This document shows positions 12,180-25,064 of a stretch of 64,000 bases of DNA, in pieces. The position numbers were made by a program, and so were the translations under genes. Where the stretch lies: NCBI RefSeq assembly GCF_018977255.1, contig NW_024704742.1, forward strand, positions 131,318,001 to 131,382,000, written 5' to 3'. Positions within the stretch are counted from its first letter, which is position 1; each line of letters starts with the position of its first letter. The notes beneath the pieces were generated by a model that saw only the letters and a list, made by a program, of their open reading frames with translations, did no database searches and was not told the DNA's origin. This DNA is from Callorhinchus milii (taxonomy: Eukaryota).

Positions 12180-12350
12180 TCAGCCATTATGCCTCAAGAC
12201 TGCCTCAATCCCTTCACCTTGCCTCCTCCTTGACCGTCTTCAGATCACACCTACCTTTTTGCCCTCTCCTCTCCTCTCCACTGCCACTGTTAAGCGTTCC
12301 GAAACACTACACCATGTGAAGGATGTTATATTAGTGCAAGCTGTTGCTGT
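12180..12350 (+). mobile_element. Old L2 3' fragment
   Basis: cagccattatgcc...ccttgcctcctcc...tgcaagctgttgctgttg tail, similar to the other L2 ends. Confidence 0.55.
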
Positions 12351-12671
12351 TGATATTGTTCAATCACGTTTCAGTGACAATACCTTGACTGTCTGGTAAA
12401 GCATTGGTCATACACACATTCACACATACAGCTGCCTTTATAAAATATGCAGTCAATTCACTTTACAATATATCCTGCAAAGAGCTTTGAGATGTCTCAA
12501 TGATGTGATAAGGGGCTTTATCAAATGCAAGGATTAGTATTATTATTTTTGTAGGCCACTGCTGTGCACAATTGGCTGCCGCGTTTCACCCACGCCTTTA
12601 CAGTGTATTCTGTGAAGCGCTTTGAGACGTCTAGTATCAAATGCAAGGATTATTATTAGTAGTAGTATTAG

Positions 12672-12985
12672 GCAAACACAGCAGCTAATTTTTGCAAAGG
12701 AATGTCCCACAAACACCCATGAAGTAAATGACCAATTTTGTCAACCAATATTTGCCCAGAACACTGGGAGAAATTCCTTTCTTTTTGCAAATCATTTGAT
12801 TGGATCGACCTCAATTGGTTTCTTGTCTCATCCAAAGGCTGACACCTCTGACAATACAATACAGTGCACCTCCAGCACTGTAATGGAGTGCCAGCCTAGA
12901 CTGTGCGTTCAAAGTTCTGACGTGGGGCTTGAACCCAAAACCTTCTGACTCGGATACATAAGTGCTACCAACTGAGCTTGGCTGA
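12672..12985 (-). mobile_element. SINE-B with tRNA-like head
   Basis: Head at 12920-12985 (reverse of gtcagccaagctcagttggtagcact...gggttcaagccccac) plus Deu body. Confidence 0.8.
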
Positions 12986-13239
12986 CAACTGTAACTGGGA
13001 CTCTCAAGCATGGTGATTGGTTTCTACATGTGTGGGACACCCGGTTGACTAAACCCATCGCCTACCCCCTCCTCACCCAGATTTTACTGAGACGTGTCAA
13101 TCAATGGGGGTGGTTACGGGAGAATTGGAAGAAAAGTGGTGCTTAGCTCTTTATACAGAGGTCAGGCAATGGTTGATTTACAGATCCGAATACAAACTGT
13201 GTTGATTGATCCTATGTTGGTTTTATCCCCAGCCTGAGG

Positions 13240-13540
13240 TTCACAGCATTGCGTTATATAACTATAAAACTGGAATTTTTCACATCAATATCATTTTGCA
13301 TAATGTAACAAAATTGACTTTTTCAGATAAATAAGTGTTCATGCTAATGGCCTGCTATTTAATTTAATGGTGATTACACTGAATAGCATGTAAACTTTTA
13401 GCAGTAAATATATTTCACGCTCAATGAGCAATTTGCAAATCGCACTAAAATTATCATACTGTTGAAATTCATCATTTTTTTATCAGCAAATAATGAATCG
13501 CTCCTTGCGACTTGCTGACCAGCCTTTTAGATGTTTACAC
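13240..13540. promoter_or_regulatory. Candidate conserved non-coding element/enhancer
   Basis: Repeat-free AT-rich island with octamer-like TTTGCATA (about 13296) and ATGCTAAT (13341-13348) plus TAAT cores. Inference only. Confidence 0.3.
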
Positions 13541-14129
13541 AATCCAGGTGTGGACATAGTAATGATAATAATAATCCTTGCATTTAATATAGCACCTTAT
13601 CGCGTATTCGAGATGTCTCAAAGAGCTTCACAGAATATACTGTATATTTTGTGAGCGAAATTATTGCATTAACACACACAAAGAACATGTTTTCCCTATG
13701 AGTCCATTTTGAAGATTGCTCCTTAGCACAAAAGTCAGACTTGTGAAACTGGGATAAACCAAGTCTGATCACCAGTCTATGCTGAGATTCTTTATTTCAA
13801 CCAAGGCAGTGTGGCTGCTGTTATAATTAACCTCAGTGCCCTGGAATAAGGAGAATGATGAGCCAGAATTAGCTTTGGCTCATTACTGAGCTGACACAGA
13901 CTAGTTGGGCCCTCGGCATGTACTAGTTGGACTCAATGGCCTGTTGTTTCTGTGCCGTGTAATTATATATGTGTGTTAATACCTTTGGCCATGCTCCAAT
14001 GACCATGCCCCCAACCCACCATTCACCCCTCTTGATTCCAACACCCAGCTCGGGTGCAAACCTTTATCTTGGGATGTGCTTTAGATGTGAAAGGCGCTAT
14101 TTAAATGTAATTTGTTGTTCTTATTGTAT

Positions 14130-14560
14130 GCCAGCCTGGCTCAATTGGTAGCAATCTCACCTCTGAGTCAGAGGATCGTGGGTTCTCGCCCCAACGTCAG
14201 GACCTTAGAATTCATATCTTCTAGGCTGACATTCCAATGCACTGTTTTGGGCGCTGCATTGACAGAGGTGCTGTCTTTCAGATGAGAAGTTAAACTGAAA
14301 TGCCACTTGCCTGTTCAGGTGGACATTAAAGATCCCATGGCGCTGTTTAAAAAGAGAAGGGAGTTCCTGTTGTCTTGGCTAACAATCCTCCAAATAAAAT
14401 TGGTTATTCAATTCTGACTGTGGGACATTGCTGTGCGCAAATTGAACTGCCACGTATGCCATCAAAAAAATATAGTTACTTCACTTTACAGTACATCCCT
14501 TGATGAAACTTGAGACGTCCTCCCAACATGAAGGTGTTATGTGAAATTTAAGGATAATTA
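14130..14560 (+). mobile_element. SINE-B, full length
   Basis: gccagcctggctcaattggtagc head, ctgagtcagagg, Deu body (gttcaggtggacattaaagatcccatggc) and gacgtcctcccaacatgaagg tail. Confidence 0.88.
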
Positions 14561-15377
14561 TAACTCTCACTCCCGATTAGTCCCAAGTGTCCCCTGTCGG
14601 AAAGTCCAGACATGGGGTTTGAGCCCACAATTTTCAGAGGCCAGAGTACTGCTAATTGAGCAAGGCAGACAATCTGAGTCAAACTAAATGGAGAAGGATT
14701 AAGAGCAAAGCCATTGAAAGCATGTGGCACTAGCTGCTGGTTAGTTGTGCGAGTGATGTGAAGGATCTGTACCAATCTGTAACTGAATGAAACAGTTCTC
14801 ATACACTACATTGTACATTTACATATATATATATACACATACATAGACAGAGAAAGAGCCTTTCATGTCAGGAGAGTGTCTTAAAGTACGTATTCGCGGG
14901 AGCAGATCAAAGCTCAGCAATTCAACCAATTCACTGGAAAAGGAGTGAAGATTGCTGTGCAGTAAAAGTGTGTGATCCGAAGGAAGTTGATAAAAGTAGA
15001 GTGACATCATAATATAATAATAATCCTTGTATTTCATATTACACCTTATCATGTCTTTGAGACGTCTCAAAGCGCTTCACAGAATATATTCTAAAGTGAA
15101 GTGTATTCTGTGGGCGAAATGCAGTGGACAATTGCACACAGCAATATCCTTCAAACAGTTGTGGATTGAATGACCAAATGTTTTTTTTAAATCATCAACA
15201 AAAGAATGGAAAGTGTTACTGACATGAAAAGGAATGAACTGTGTATGTCAAAGAGTGAAGTAGGGCAGAGGGCGATGAAAAAAAGAGGCGAGAGGTTAAA
15301 CCAACAACTGAAGATAGAACGATTTGAAAGAAAGGTAGAATAAAAATAAGGAAGACAATAGATCACAAGACAATAGA

Positions 15378-15700
15378 TCATAAGATTGGTTCAGATGAAA
15401 AAAGCTTTCTGGTCCATTTGATCTAATTCTTGGATGAATACCCACCCTACCGTCTTCCCATCACAGCATCATTTTTTTAAAATGAGTCCAGGTGTCCTGA
15501 CCTCAACCACTCTTCCTATTAACCTGTTCATGTCATTAATTACCCTCCGAGTAAAGAAAAACATATTGATGCCTTTCCTGAAATTGCCCTAATTTCAACC
15601 CTAACTCTTTGGTCCTCTGGTTCTACTGTCTTGTTTAATCACGGAAGTATTGTTCTGGGTTTACATTCTCAATCCCATTTAAAATGTGACAGCCCTCTAC
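15378..15700 (-). mobile_element. Degenerate CR1 3' fragment
   Basis: ttaccctccgagtaaagaaaa (reverse FFTRRV motif); related to 27082-27310 and 55912-56165. Confidence 0.55.
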
Positions 15701-16212
15701 AAGGTTCGACTCTGACACTAAAGATAGACGGGAACTTGTTTAGAAATGCACGCTGCCAGATGGTGTCATTGGCTCTGAAGTTCCCCAAGGTGATGACTTA
15801 GTGAATTACCGAAGTATCAGAGTAGAGTTCCAGAGGTGCGTGACATATGCAGCAAGGTCGTCAGTGAATCAGCTATGCCAAAAAAGATACTGTGGCATAG
15901 TCTAGGCCAGGACTTTCAAGGTGATGGATAATTTGAGAACTCATGTAGCTTTTATAACATTGGAGCATAGGACAATAAAGCAGTAGGAATTGCTTTTCTT
16001 AGGAATAGCACCACCAGTAGCAATTTTCCCAAGGAGACCAAAAAGGTTGATGGGAGTAGATAATCAGGCCAGATAACCGCGTGTCAGATAACCTCTGTGT
16101 GTTATTGTGGCATTAAATTCAAGAAGTCAAAATTATGGAGAATTGGTGGTCACGGTCTGTAAACACGGAAAGGTCAGGCGCTGTTACCAAGATAAAAATT
16201 CAGGCCCACTGT

Positions 16213-16589
16213 AATAACAATAATACACCTTGCTTTTGATATAACGCATTATCATGCTATTGAGACGTCTCAAAGTACTTCACAGAATATACTGTAAAGT
16301 GAATTAACTGTATACTTTGTGAGTGAAACGCAGCAGCCAATTGCGCTCAGCAGTGTCCCAACAAACAGTCATGAATTCAGTGACCACAGTTTTTTCTTCT
16401 TTTGGAGGGATTATTAACCTGGGAAAGCCATATGCCAATCGAGTAACAACTGGGTTCCTACTTACTGCTCGGTAAACAGACGCATGTAGAGTAAGGAAAC
16501 TTGCCTAAGGTTTCACCTCGGCCAGGAAACAAACCCGGGTCCGATCACATGCGAGGCGAGTGCCCTAACCACGATACTATGGGACTCCA
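16213..16589 (-). mobile_element. SINE-A, full-length long form
   Basis: Complete head, middle and tail in reverse. Confidence 0.9.
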
Positions 16590-17198
16590 ATTATTGGGAC
16601 AATGTACGGGTATACATTTGTGGCTGCTCTGACCTCTGCTGACCTGGTGCTGTATGTACTGTGAGTTAATGCAGTGATCTCAGAAAGGTTACAAACACTG
16701 GCCTGGAGGGATTGTGTCACAGTAGCTTTGGCAGTCCTCAAATTCATCCACGTGCTCCCTTCACAATGCCCTCTGCTTCCTTCTTGTGCCCTGGTTAACT
16801 GCAGCTTTAATACTCGAGATCCAGTTTCCCAGCTTTATTTTTGGAAACAAATTATTCTAATGTCTTGACCTTGGGCCAGTCGTTAATTGCAAGAGAGAGA
16901 AATCAATTTGCTTCAGTGAGTGTGAACTAATTTCAGAGGTTACCCTCAGACCATAGATCAGACATAGAGCTCTTAATAAGACAAAGAGACAGCAGACTTT
17001 CCCAGTCCTCTCTGCTATGGCTAGATTTACTGTGGCAGCTCACCTTTGTTTCTGCATCCTGACTTGTAAAAATGCTTCTTTTGAGTTGAATAATACCAAC
17101 CAGAGCATTTGTTTGCAAAAGCAGTCGCCACACTTGAGAGTAATTAATGAACGGCACTCTGAGCCATTTTCAAATGATAAAGCTCTATAAACGCACAA

Positions 17199-17712
<514 letters not shown>

Positions 17713-18225
17713 TCTTTATTCACATCCTTGTGAGGTTTGCCAATGCATCATTTCTCTATTGAGAAAAGCATTTGATGGAGGTGACCTCAGCCAATCCTGT
17801 TCTGGAGCCAAGTACACAGGACTGTCTGTACACAAACAGCCTGAGTTGACTGTAAAGTGATTAACCTTCTCTCACCTTTCCACAGCATCTACCTCTTGGC
17901 TTTACCTCTTCTGCCCAATTCCCCCCACCCCATACCATGGACAGCGTAGCTGAGATTGGAAATCCGTTATGTGGAGACTAGTGATGTATGTCTTAATCCT
18001 ACCAGTTATTGCCACAGTGAGTCAGTGCAAAACTGCTGACTCAGAGCTTAACACCTAAAAATAGATCCATCCATTCACATTAAATGTGTGACATCCTCCT
18101 CTGCCTTTCTTTGACTGCTACTCATTCAATCCTGTGCCACTGGATGGTTGACTTGAAACTCCTTTGAGATCAAGCATGATCCGCAGAGATTTTAAGAGCA
18201 GAATCCTACAGAATAAGGCTGTCAA

Positions 18226-18413
18226 AAATAGCATTAAATTCACGGGGGGTGGGCAGCAAGGGAACAGAGAAAGGCTAAGTATGAAGGAATCATGTTTTAA
18301 ATACAGATTAATTATAAAATAATTGATTTATATATTGGTCACAAGTAAGAGGTCACAAGCAAACTGCAGTTATCGATCGCTTCTATACTCATGAGAATAG
18401 GTATCTTTGAACC
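18226..18413 (+). repeat. 188-bp unique segment duplicated at 18892-19079
   Basis: Direct repeat with 5 substitutions counted by eye. Confidence 0.95.
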
Positions 18414-18700
18414 GCTTGGAGTTGGTAACAGTGTCAGACAAGGAATTAACCCCTCTGTTAAAGTAGGGCTCATTCCTCAATTTACTGCATTCAAACCTTA
18501 TTGAGACCTGTGAATGGACATCTGATTTAAATGTTTACAGGGAAAGAGTGAGGTGAAAAATGTGACGTTACATGAAGAATTCAATGAGATGATTATCGCA
18601 TTAACAAGAAATTACATTTATATAGCGCTTTTCACGTTGAAAGGCCATCCAAAGGTGCTGGACATCAAATCTCTTGTATGTACACACATATAGCTATCTC

Positions 18701-19247
18701 TAATAATAATAATGCTTGCATTTGACATAGCGCCTTGTCATGTCTACGAGACGTCTCAAAGAGCTTCACAGAATATAAGTGAATTGACTGTGCATGTTGT
18801 GTGCAAAACCCAGCAGCCAATTGCACACAGAGGTGTCCCATAAACAGTTGTGGATTGAAGTAACCAATTTTTTTAAAGGAATTATAGCATTAAATAGCAT
18901 TAAATTCATGGGGAGTGGGCAGCGAGGGAACAGAGAAAGGCTAAGTATGAAGGAATCATGTTTTAAATACAGATTAATTATAAAATAATTGATTTATATA
19001 TTGGTCACAAGTAAGAGGTCACAAGCAAACTGCAGTTATCGATCGCTTCTATACTTATGAGAATAGGCATCTTTGAACCCCCGGAAAAGTGTTCCCCAAT
19101 AGATTAACAACTGGGTTCCTATTTACTGCTAAGTAAACAGAAGCTTGTGGAATAAGGAAACTTGCCCACTATTTCACCCTGCCAGGAACAGAACCCAGGT
19201 ATCTCACTTGCGAGGCGAGTGCTTTAACCACTGAGCTACAGGACTCC
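18701..19247 (-). mobile_element. SINE-A long form carrying a ~196-bp insertion (18884-19079)
   Basis: Tail side 18701-18883, middle and head 19080-19247. Confidence 0.9.
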
Positions 19248-19624
19248 TATATATATAACATATATATATACACGCGCACACAGTGTATATGTGAGTGTGT
19301 GTGTGCCCATCTATATGCAGTAGATGTATGTCTTTAGCCATTTCACCCTAACCTGTATAACACCTGCATCAATCCCACTGCTTTACCTCCTCTATATGTT
19401 ATATGTTAATAACACAAATATATACAGCGGCCTTCACGTTCGATAGCATCTTGGGTGTCCAACCCTGTCACTGTGCAGCGCTCCGAAACGCTATCTTGCA
19501 ATTTGGGCACTATATAAATGCAAGTTGTATATATATATATATCTGTATATCAAAGCAAGTGTATGTGTGTGTGTGTGTGTGTGTATGAGTGTTGACAGAC
19601 AGATTTGTCATTTTGGGAGGAAAA

Positions 19625-19688
19625 TAGAAAAATATACTGGAAATCTGCAGATCAATCAGTGTTTTAGTGCGACCTTTCATCAGAACTA
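19625..19688 (-). mobile_element. Second Penelope-like hammerhead remnant
   Basis: Minus strand ttCTGATGAaaggtcgcacTAAAAC...ctgcagatttccagtatattttt; same context as 6086-6208, with GAAA decayed. Confidence 0.4.
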
Positions 19689-20336
19689 GTCTCACATTGG
19701 GAGGAAAAACCATTCTAAAGACACGGTAAAAAGATGGTTATTTTGAGCGATCAGAATAAAGTGCATGTTCCCTGTGGTTCTTTTCAGACGTCTGAATGGT
19801 GCTAAGCGCTCACAGTTCAGACCATTGTCTTAAAAGGAAAGATCGTGCAGAATTGTGGATAATTTTCAATGCAGCCTTAATTTGGAAACCGTTTTTTGTT
19901 GCGAACTTTGGAAAACCGTCGGCCAAATTAAAGCTGAGTTGAGAAATTCTCCGTACTATCTCACATTTGTGAAACCATAATAATCCTTGCATTTGATATA
20001 GTTTCTTATTGCGACAAAACATCTCAAAGAGCTTTTTGTAGTGTAGTCACTGTGTATTTTGTAGGCGATCGTGTCAGACAATTTGCACACAGTAACCTCC
20101 CACAAAGTTGTAATAATGATCCTTGCATTAGATATAACGCTTTATCATGTCTTCGAGACAGCTCAAAGTGCTTCATAGAATATACTGTGAATTGTGCTCA
20201 AGAGCGTCCCACAAACAGTCGTGGATTGAGTGACCAAATTATTATTATTACTACTTTTTTTTTGAAGGGATTATTACCATAAAGGCCATGATCTGTATAA
20301 TTTTTTTTGATCTGACAACAATTTCCTCACCAGAAT

Positions 20337-21090
20337 AATACAACAACAACAACAAGATTCCATTTATAGAGTGCCTTTCACGTCGGGAGGACGTCCCAAG
20401 GCGCTGTACAGTTGGGCCAGGACCCGAGCAGGGGGGAAATGGTCAGGGTGAGGGGAGGGAAGGGAGGGAGCGAGGAGGGGGTAGAGAGTCGAGAGGGGAG
20501 CTGAAGGCACGGTCAGAGAGAAAGGTCTTGAGACCGGCCTTGAAGGAGGAAAGGGAGGAGGCAGCGAAGGCACTGGGGGATAGAGTTCCAGAGCCTCGGG
20601 GCTGAGAGGCTGAAGGCCCGACCACCAATGGTAGGGCGGTTGGGGCGGGGGATGTGGAGGAGACCGGAGCCAGAGGAACGGAGGGTACGGGCAGGTAGGT
20701 AGGGGGATAGTAGGTCGGAGAGGTAGGAGGGAGCAAGGCTGTGAATGGCCTTGTAGGTGAGGATGAGGATCTTGAATTCGATCCTCTGGGGGATGGGGAG
20801 CCAGTGGAGGCGAGCGAGGGTGGGAGTGATGTGGTCCCGAAGCCTGGTGCGGGACAGTACACGAGCTACAGAATTCTGAATGACCTGCAGCTTGTGGAGG
20901 GAGGTGCCGGAAGGCCGGCGAGGAGAGAGTTCCCATAGTCCAGCCTTGAGGTGATAAAGGCGTGGACCAGTGTTTCAGCAGCGTGAGGGGTGAGGTAGTG
21001 CCGTAGTCTGGCGACATTCCGGAGGTGATGGAAGGTGGTGCCAGTTGTGGCGTGGATATGAGGGAGAAAGGACAGCTCAGGGTCGAACAG
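20337..21090 (-). mobile_element. L2 LINE, 5'-truncated; ORF2 C-terminus, 3' UTR and (TTG)n tail
   Basis: Minus-strand translation LFDPELSF...HLRNVARLRHYLT...LVHAFITSRLDYGNSLLAGLP / HITPTLASLHWLP...ILILTYKA...GGRAFS...LWNS is typical L2 ORF2. One frameshift is visible. Confidence 0.95.
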
Positions 21091-21092
21091 AA

Positions 21093-21416
21093 ATAATAAA
21101 ATAATAATAATCCTTGCATTTGATATAGCGCTTTTCACGTCGGGAGGACGTCCCAAAGCGCTTCACAGGACACACTGTAAAGTGAATTGACTGTATATTT
21201 GTGGGTGAACGCGGCAGCCAATTGCGCACAGCAATGTCCCACAAACAGTCGTGGATTGAAAATGATCAATTCATTATTGTTTTGGGTTTTGGAAGGATTA
21301 TTATTAGGAGTGTGGAGTAAGGAAACTTGCCCAAGGTTTCGCCCTCTGCCTGGGATTGAACTCAGGTCTCTCGCTTGCAAAGCGAGTGCTCTAACCACTG
21401 AGCTACAGGACTCCAC
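21093..21416 (-). mobile_element. SINE-A short form, young copy, abutting the L2 5' end
   Basis: Near-identical to 23962-24285 and 26756-27079. Confidence 0.93.
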
Positions 21417-21979
21417 AGAATGGATACCTTCACAGCGTTTTTGAGCCTAGCTGTTAACGCAAGGCATTTTGTTGGGTCAATGTGAAGTGCTTATTATTTT
21501 CAACTCATACTTCCCAACATACATTTTTAATTCTGATCAGAGCTCAACACATGACAAGATATGTATTTTTTNCTGTACCTTATACATTATGAATATATGG
21601 GGAGTATTTTCTTTGTTACAAATCCTTTTGGGTGAAGCTAGTGTATGCATTTTGTAGTTGATTATTGACTGGGAGAGCATTGATTATTCAGGTATCATTG
21701 TTTGAGGCAGCACCTGCAATGCATTTTACTTTTCATGTCTCAGATCAAAGCAATTTCACAAAGTTCACTCATTTATGCAGCAAACGTAAGTAAGCCTTTT
21801 GTAGATCAAATACACATGCAGCCTTCAAGCCTGTTGGTGATTAACAAGGCACTCAATCAGAGAGGAGTGATAGGTTGGTGCACAGGGCACCAACCTTGTG
21901 GTCAAGAGCTCAATCAATGTTTTTTACATTGAGCCTCGACCAAAAGCAGAAGTTACCAAGGAAAGCAAGCTACAAGATG

Positions 21980-22325
21980 TCAGCCTGGCTAAGTCAGCAG
22001 CACTCTCACTATCCCATGGTACTTTAAACAGACATAGTCCAGGCAGTGCTGGGATTATGCTGCATTGTTGGAGGCACCATCCTTTGGGATGGGATATTAA
22101 ACTGAGGTTCAATCTGCCTGTTCAGGTGAATGTTAAAGTTCCCTTGGTATTACTTGAAAAGAGGAGAGAAATTTTAATTGGCATCCTGACCAACAATCCC
22201 TCAGTTAAACTTGGGTGTTCACTTCATGGCTGTTTTATGAAACATTGCTGTGCGCAAATTAGCTGCCATGTTCGCCAAACAAACTGTACATGATGGTAAA
22301 TCCTGTGAAGCGCTTTGAGACATTC
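21980..22325 (+). mobile_element. SINE-B, degenerate
   Basis: gtcagcctggctaagtcag head and Deu body. Confidence 0.7.
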
Positions 22326-22406
22326 TCTGGAGAAGTCTAGAAAGTGAGGGGTAGAAGTGAGACACTGAAAGCTTGCCCACCGATAGTGGGATGGGTAGTG
22401 GATGGG

Positions 22407-22490
22407 GCGATGGGACATGAAGCAGGCAACTGTTTGCGATGGGACATGAAGCAGGCAACTGTTTGCGATGGGACATGCAGCAGGCAACTG
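22407..22490 (+). repeat. 29-bp tandem repeat, ~2.9 copies, inside an L2 fragment
   Basis: Unit gcgatgggacatgaagcaggcaactgttt at 22407, 22436 and 22465. Confidence 0.9.
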
Positions 22491-22614
22491 ATTGCTGAGC
22501 AGAAAGATGGAGTTTTCAACAATGGGTACTGAATAGTGTAGGACTGGGAATATTGGCTGATTTTATTTTGTCTTCTATAGAGGCACTGAGGTCAACTTCC
22601 CCCTGGCTGAGATA

Positions 22615-23237
22615 TAATCCTTGCATTTGATATAGAGCCTTATTACATTGTTGAGTCATCTCAAAGCGCTTCACAGGATATATTGTAAAGTGAATTGATT
22701 GTGTATTTTGTGGGTGAAGCATGGCAGCCAATTGCGCACAGCAACGTCCCACAAACAGTTGTGCATTGAGTGACCAATTTTTTTTAGGGATTATTACTCC
22801 CAACAACAACAACAACTTGCACTTATATAGCGTCCTCCATGCAGGGTAGCGTCTTAGAGCGCTTAACAGTGACGGAGCCTGACTCTGAACCAGGCGGGGG
22901 TGGTGGGGTGGGGGAGTTTAGGAGTTGTGGCCATAAGCACGGTCAAAGGAGAAGATTTTCAGGTGGGACTTGAAGAGGAGGAGGGGGCAAGATGGAGGGA
23001 TTCTGGGAGAGTGTTCCAGAATTTTGGGACGTAGTAGCTGAAAGCGCGACCTCCGATGGTGGGATGGAGGGATCCGCCAAATGACTTGTAACCGGGTTCC
23101 TACTTACCTCTGGTAAACAGATACGTGAGGAATAAGGAAACTTGCCTAAGGTTTCACCCAGTCCGGGAAACAGACTTGGCTCCTCTCGCTTGCGAGGCGA
23201 GCGTGCTAACCACTACGCTACAGGACTCAGGACTCCA
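22615..23237 (-). mobile_element. SINE-A long form interrupted by an L2 3' fragment
   Basis: SINE tail side 22615-22800 and head side 23071-23237. Confidence 0.85.
22801..23070 (-). mobile_element. L2 3' fragment (older subfamily)
   Basis: (CAA)n tail, cttgcacttatatagcg and degenerate GGRAFS...LWN end. Confidence 0.8.
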
Positions 23238-23800
23238 CGAGATCAGTGAGCTCAGTACATGCTGGGAGCCACATCAACAACCTTATGTTATGAGTGGGCC
23301 AGTGGAGTACCAGGCAGCAAGTTTGCCCACTAAGCAATTTGGACTTGATTTTTAAGGCAACCTATGACTGAAGGCCACGAATCACAATCTTATTTTCCAC
23401 TGGAAATTTAAACTTAACACTTATCTGTATGTAGCCTGCGTGCTTATGAATGTATCTGATGCAATTTTAAATGTATAATTTCATTTGCATCTTTGATGTT
23501 CTGTTACTTATACATCAAAATGACATTAGAGATAGATGTAAGTAAGCAGGACAAATTTACAAAATCCTACTGAACAATAGAGGAGAACAGCACTCAGACA
23601 CCCCCACCCGTCAATAAACAAGCGAGATGGAAGACTCAAACCAGAATAATCCCCTCTTTGCTCATGTTACTTCTGTGGTCCTTAAGCCACCTGACCCTGA
23701 GCAATACTGATGTACAGAAACAAGCAATAGCATTGATGTGGGTAACACAAAATAATGGATGGATGGGAGTGGGTGGGGGGATGAACTACAGAAGATATGA

Positions 23801-24540
23801 TGTCAGCTTTGCTCAGTTGGCAGAGCTTTTGCCTCTGATTCAGAATGTTCAAGCCCCACATCGGAACTTTTGAACTTACAAGGCTGACACTAAAATACAA
23901 TGCTACATTATTGGAGGTGCCGTCCTTCTGATGAGATGTTAAAGCGAAGACCTGTGAACATGTGGAGTCCTGTAGCTCAGTGGTTAGAGCACTCGCTTTG
24001 CAAGCGAGAGACCTGAGTTCAATTCCAGGCAGGGCGAAACCTTGGGCAAGTTTCCTTACTCCACACAGAGCCTAATAATAATCCCTCCAAAACCAAAAAC
24101 AATAATAAATTGGTCATTTTCAATCTACGACTGTTTGTGGGACATTGCTGTGTGCAATTGGCTGCCGCGTTCGCCCACAAATATACAGTCAATTCACTTT
24201 TCAGTGTGTTCTGTGAGGCACTTTGGGACGTCCTCCCGACGTGAAAAGCGCTATATCAAATGCAAGGATTATTATTATTATTATTAAAGATACCATTATC
24301 GGTGCTATTCGAAAATAGGAAGTAGTTTCTCCCATGTCCTGGCCAATAATCGCCTAGATAAAATTATTCATTCACCTTTATAGCTGTTTGTGGGATACTG
24401 GGATGTGCATAATCGGCTGCTGCATTTCACCTACAAAACGTACAGTCACTAAACGTTACGGTAACTCCTGCAAAAAACTTTGAGAAGTCGTCCCATAATG
24501 AAAGGCCCTGTATCAAATACAAGGATTATTATTATTATTA
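23801..24540 (+). mobile_element. SINE-B interrupted by a SINE-A copy
   Basis: Head and body 23801-23960 continue at 24286-24540. Confidence 0.85.
23962..24285 (+). mobile_element. SINE-A short form, young copy
   Basis: Intact A box, B-box-like gagttcaattcc, TGC anticodon-like loop, gggacgtcctcccgacgtgaaaagcgc tail. Confidence 0.93.
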
Positions 24541-25064
24541 TTGTTTTCATTACAAGTGAATCATGTCTTCCCCCTCCACAAAAGTTGTTCCTTCCCTTGT
24601 TATTTTTAATGGAAACATTTTAACACAGCCTCTCAAGATGCTACATTGCTTCTGGGACTGGTATTAAGCAAATAAATGCTGGCTCTGCTGCCAGGCGCTG
24701 TGCAATCCTTCACGAGTCAGGAAAAATTTCAAACTAAAGTCTTCCTCTTGACTGCAATTGCTCCTTTCTGAAATCCAATTTCCACTATTAACCTTGATCC
24801 CAACCTTTGGACCCAGGAGCCAACCGCTCGAACAGCACTTACTTTAAAGAAGAATAACTTGCAGGAAACAATACAGAGGAACATCATAACGCTCAGTGCA
24901 TGTCGTAGTTATCCATGCCAAAAAACACCAGCCTGTTAATACACAATTCTATTAACCTTCAGCTTCTGTATCAATATCGTGTTCATTAACCCTCCTCGAA
25001 TGTCACTCAGTGTCTACTGTGCTCACCCTGCCCATCACATACAGTAGGAAGCCACTTACCCAAA

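Noticed and set aside
20364..21156. Long ORFs (251, 139 and 96 aa) as host genes
   Set aside because: They are alternative or frameshifted frames of an L2 ORF2 fragment.
22407..22490. CRISPR-like 29-bp repeats
   Set aside because: The units are head-to-tail without spacers, L2-derived and in a eukaryotic context with no cas genes.
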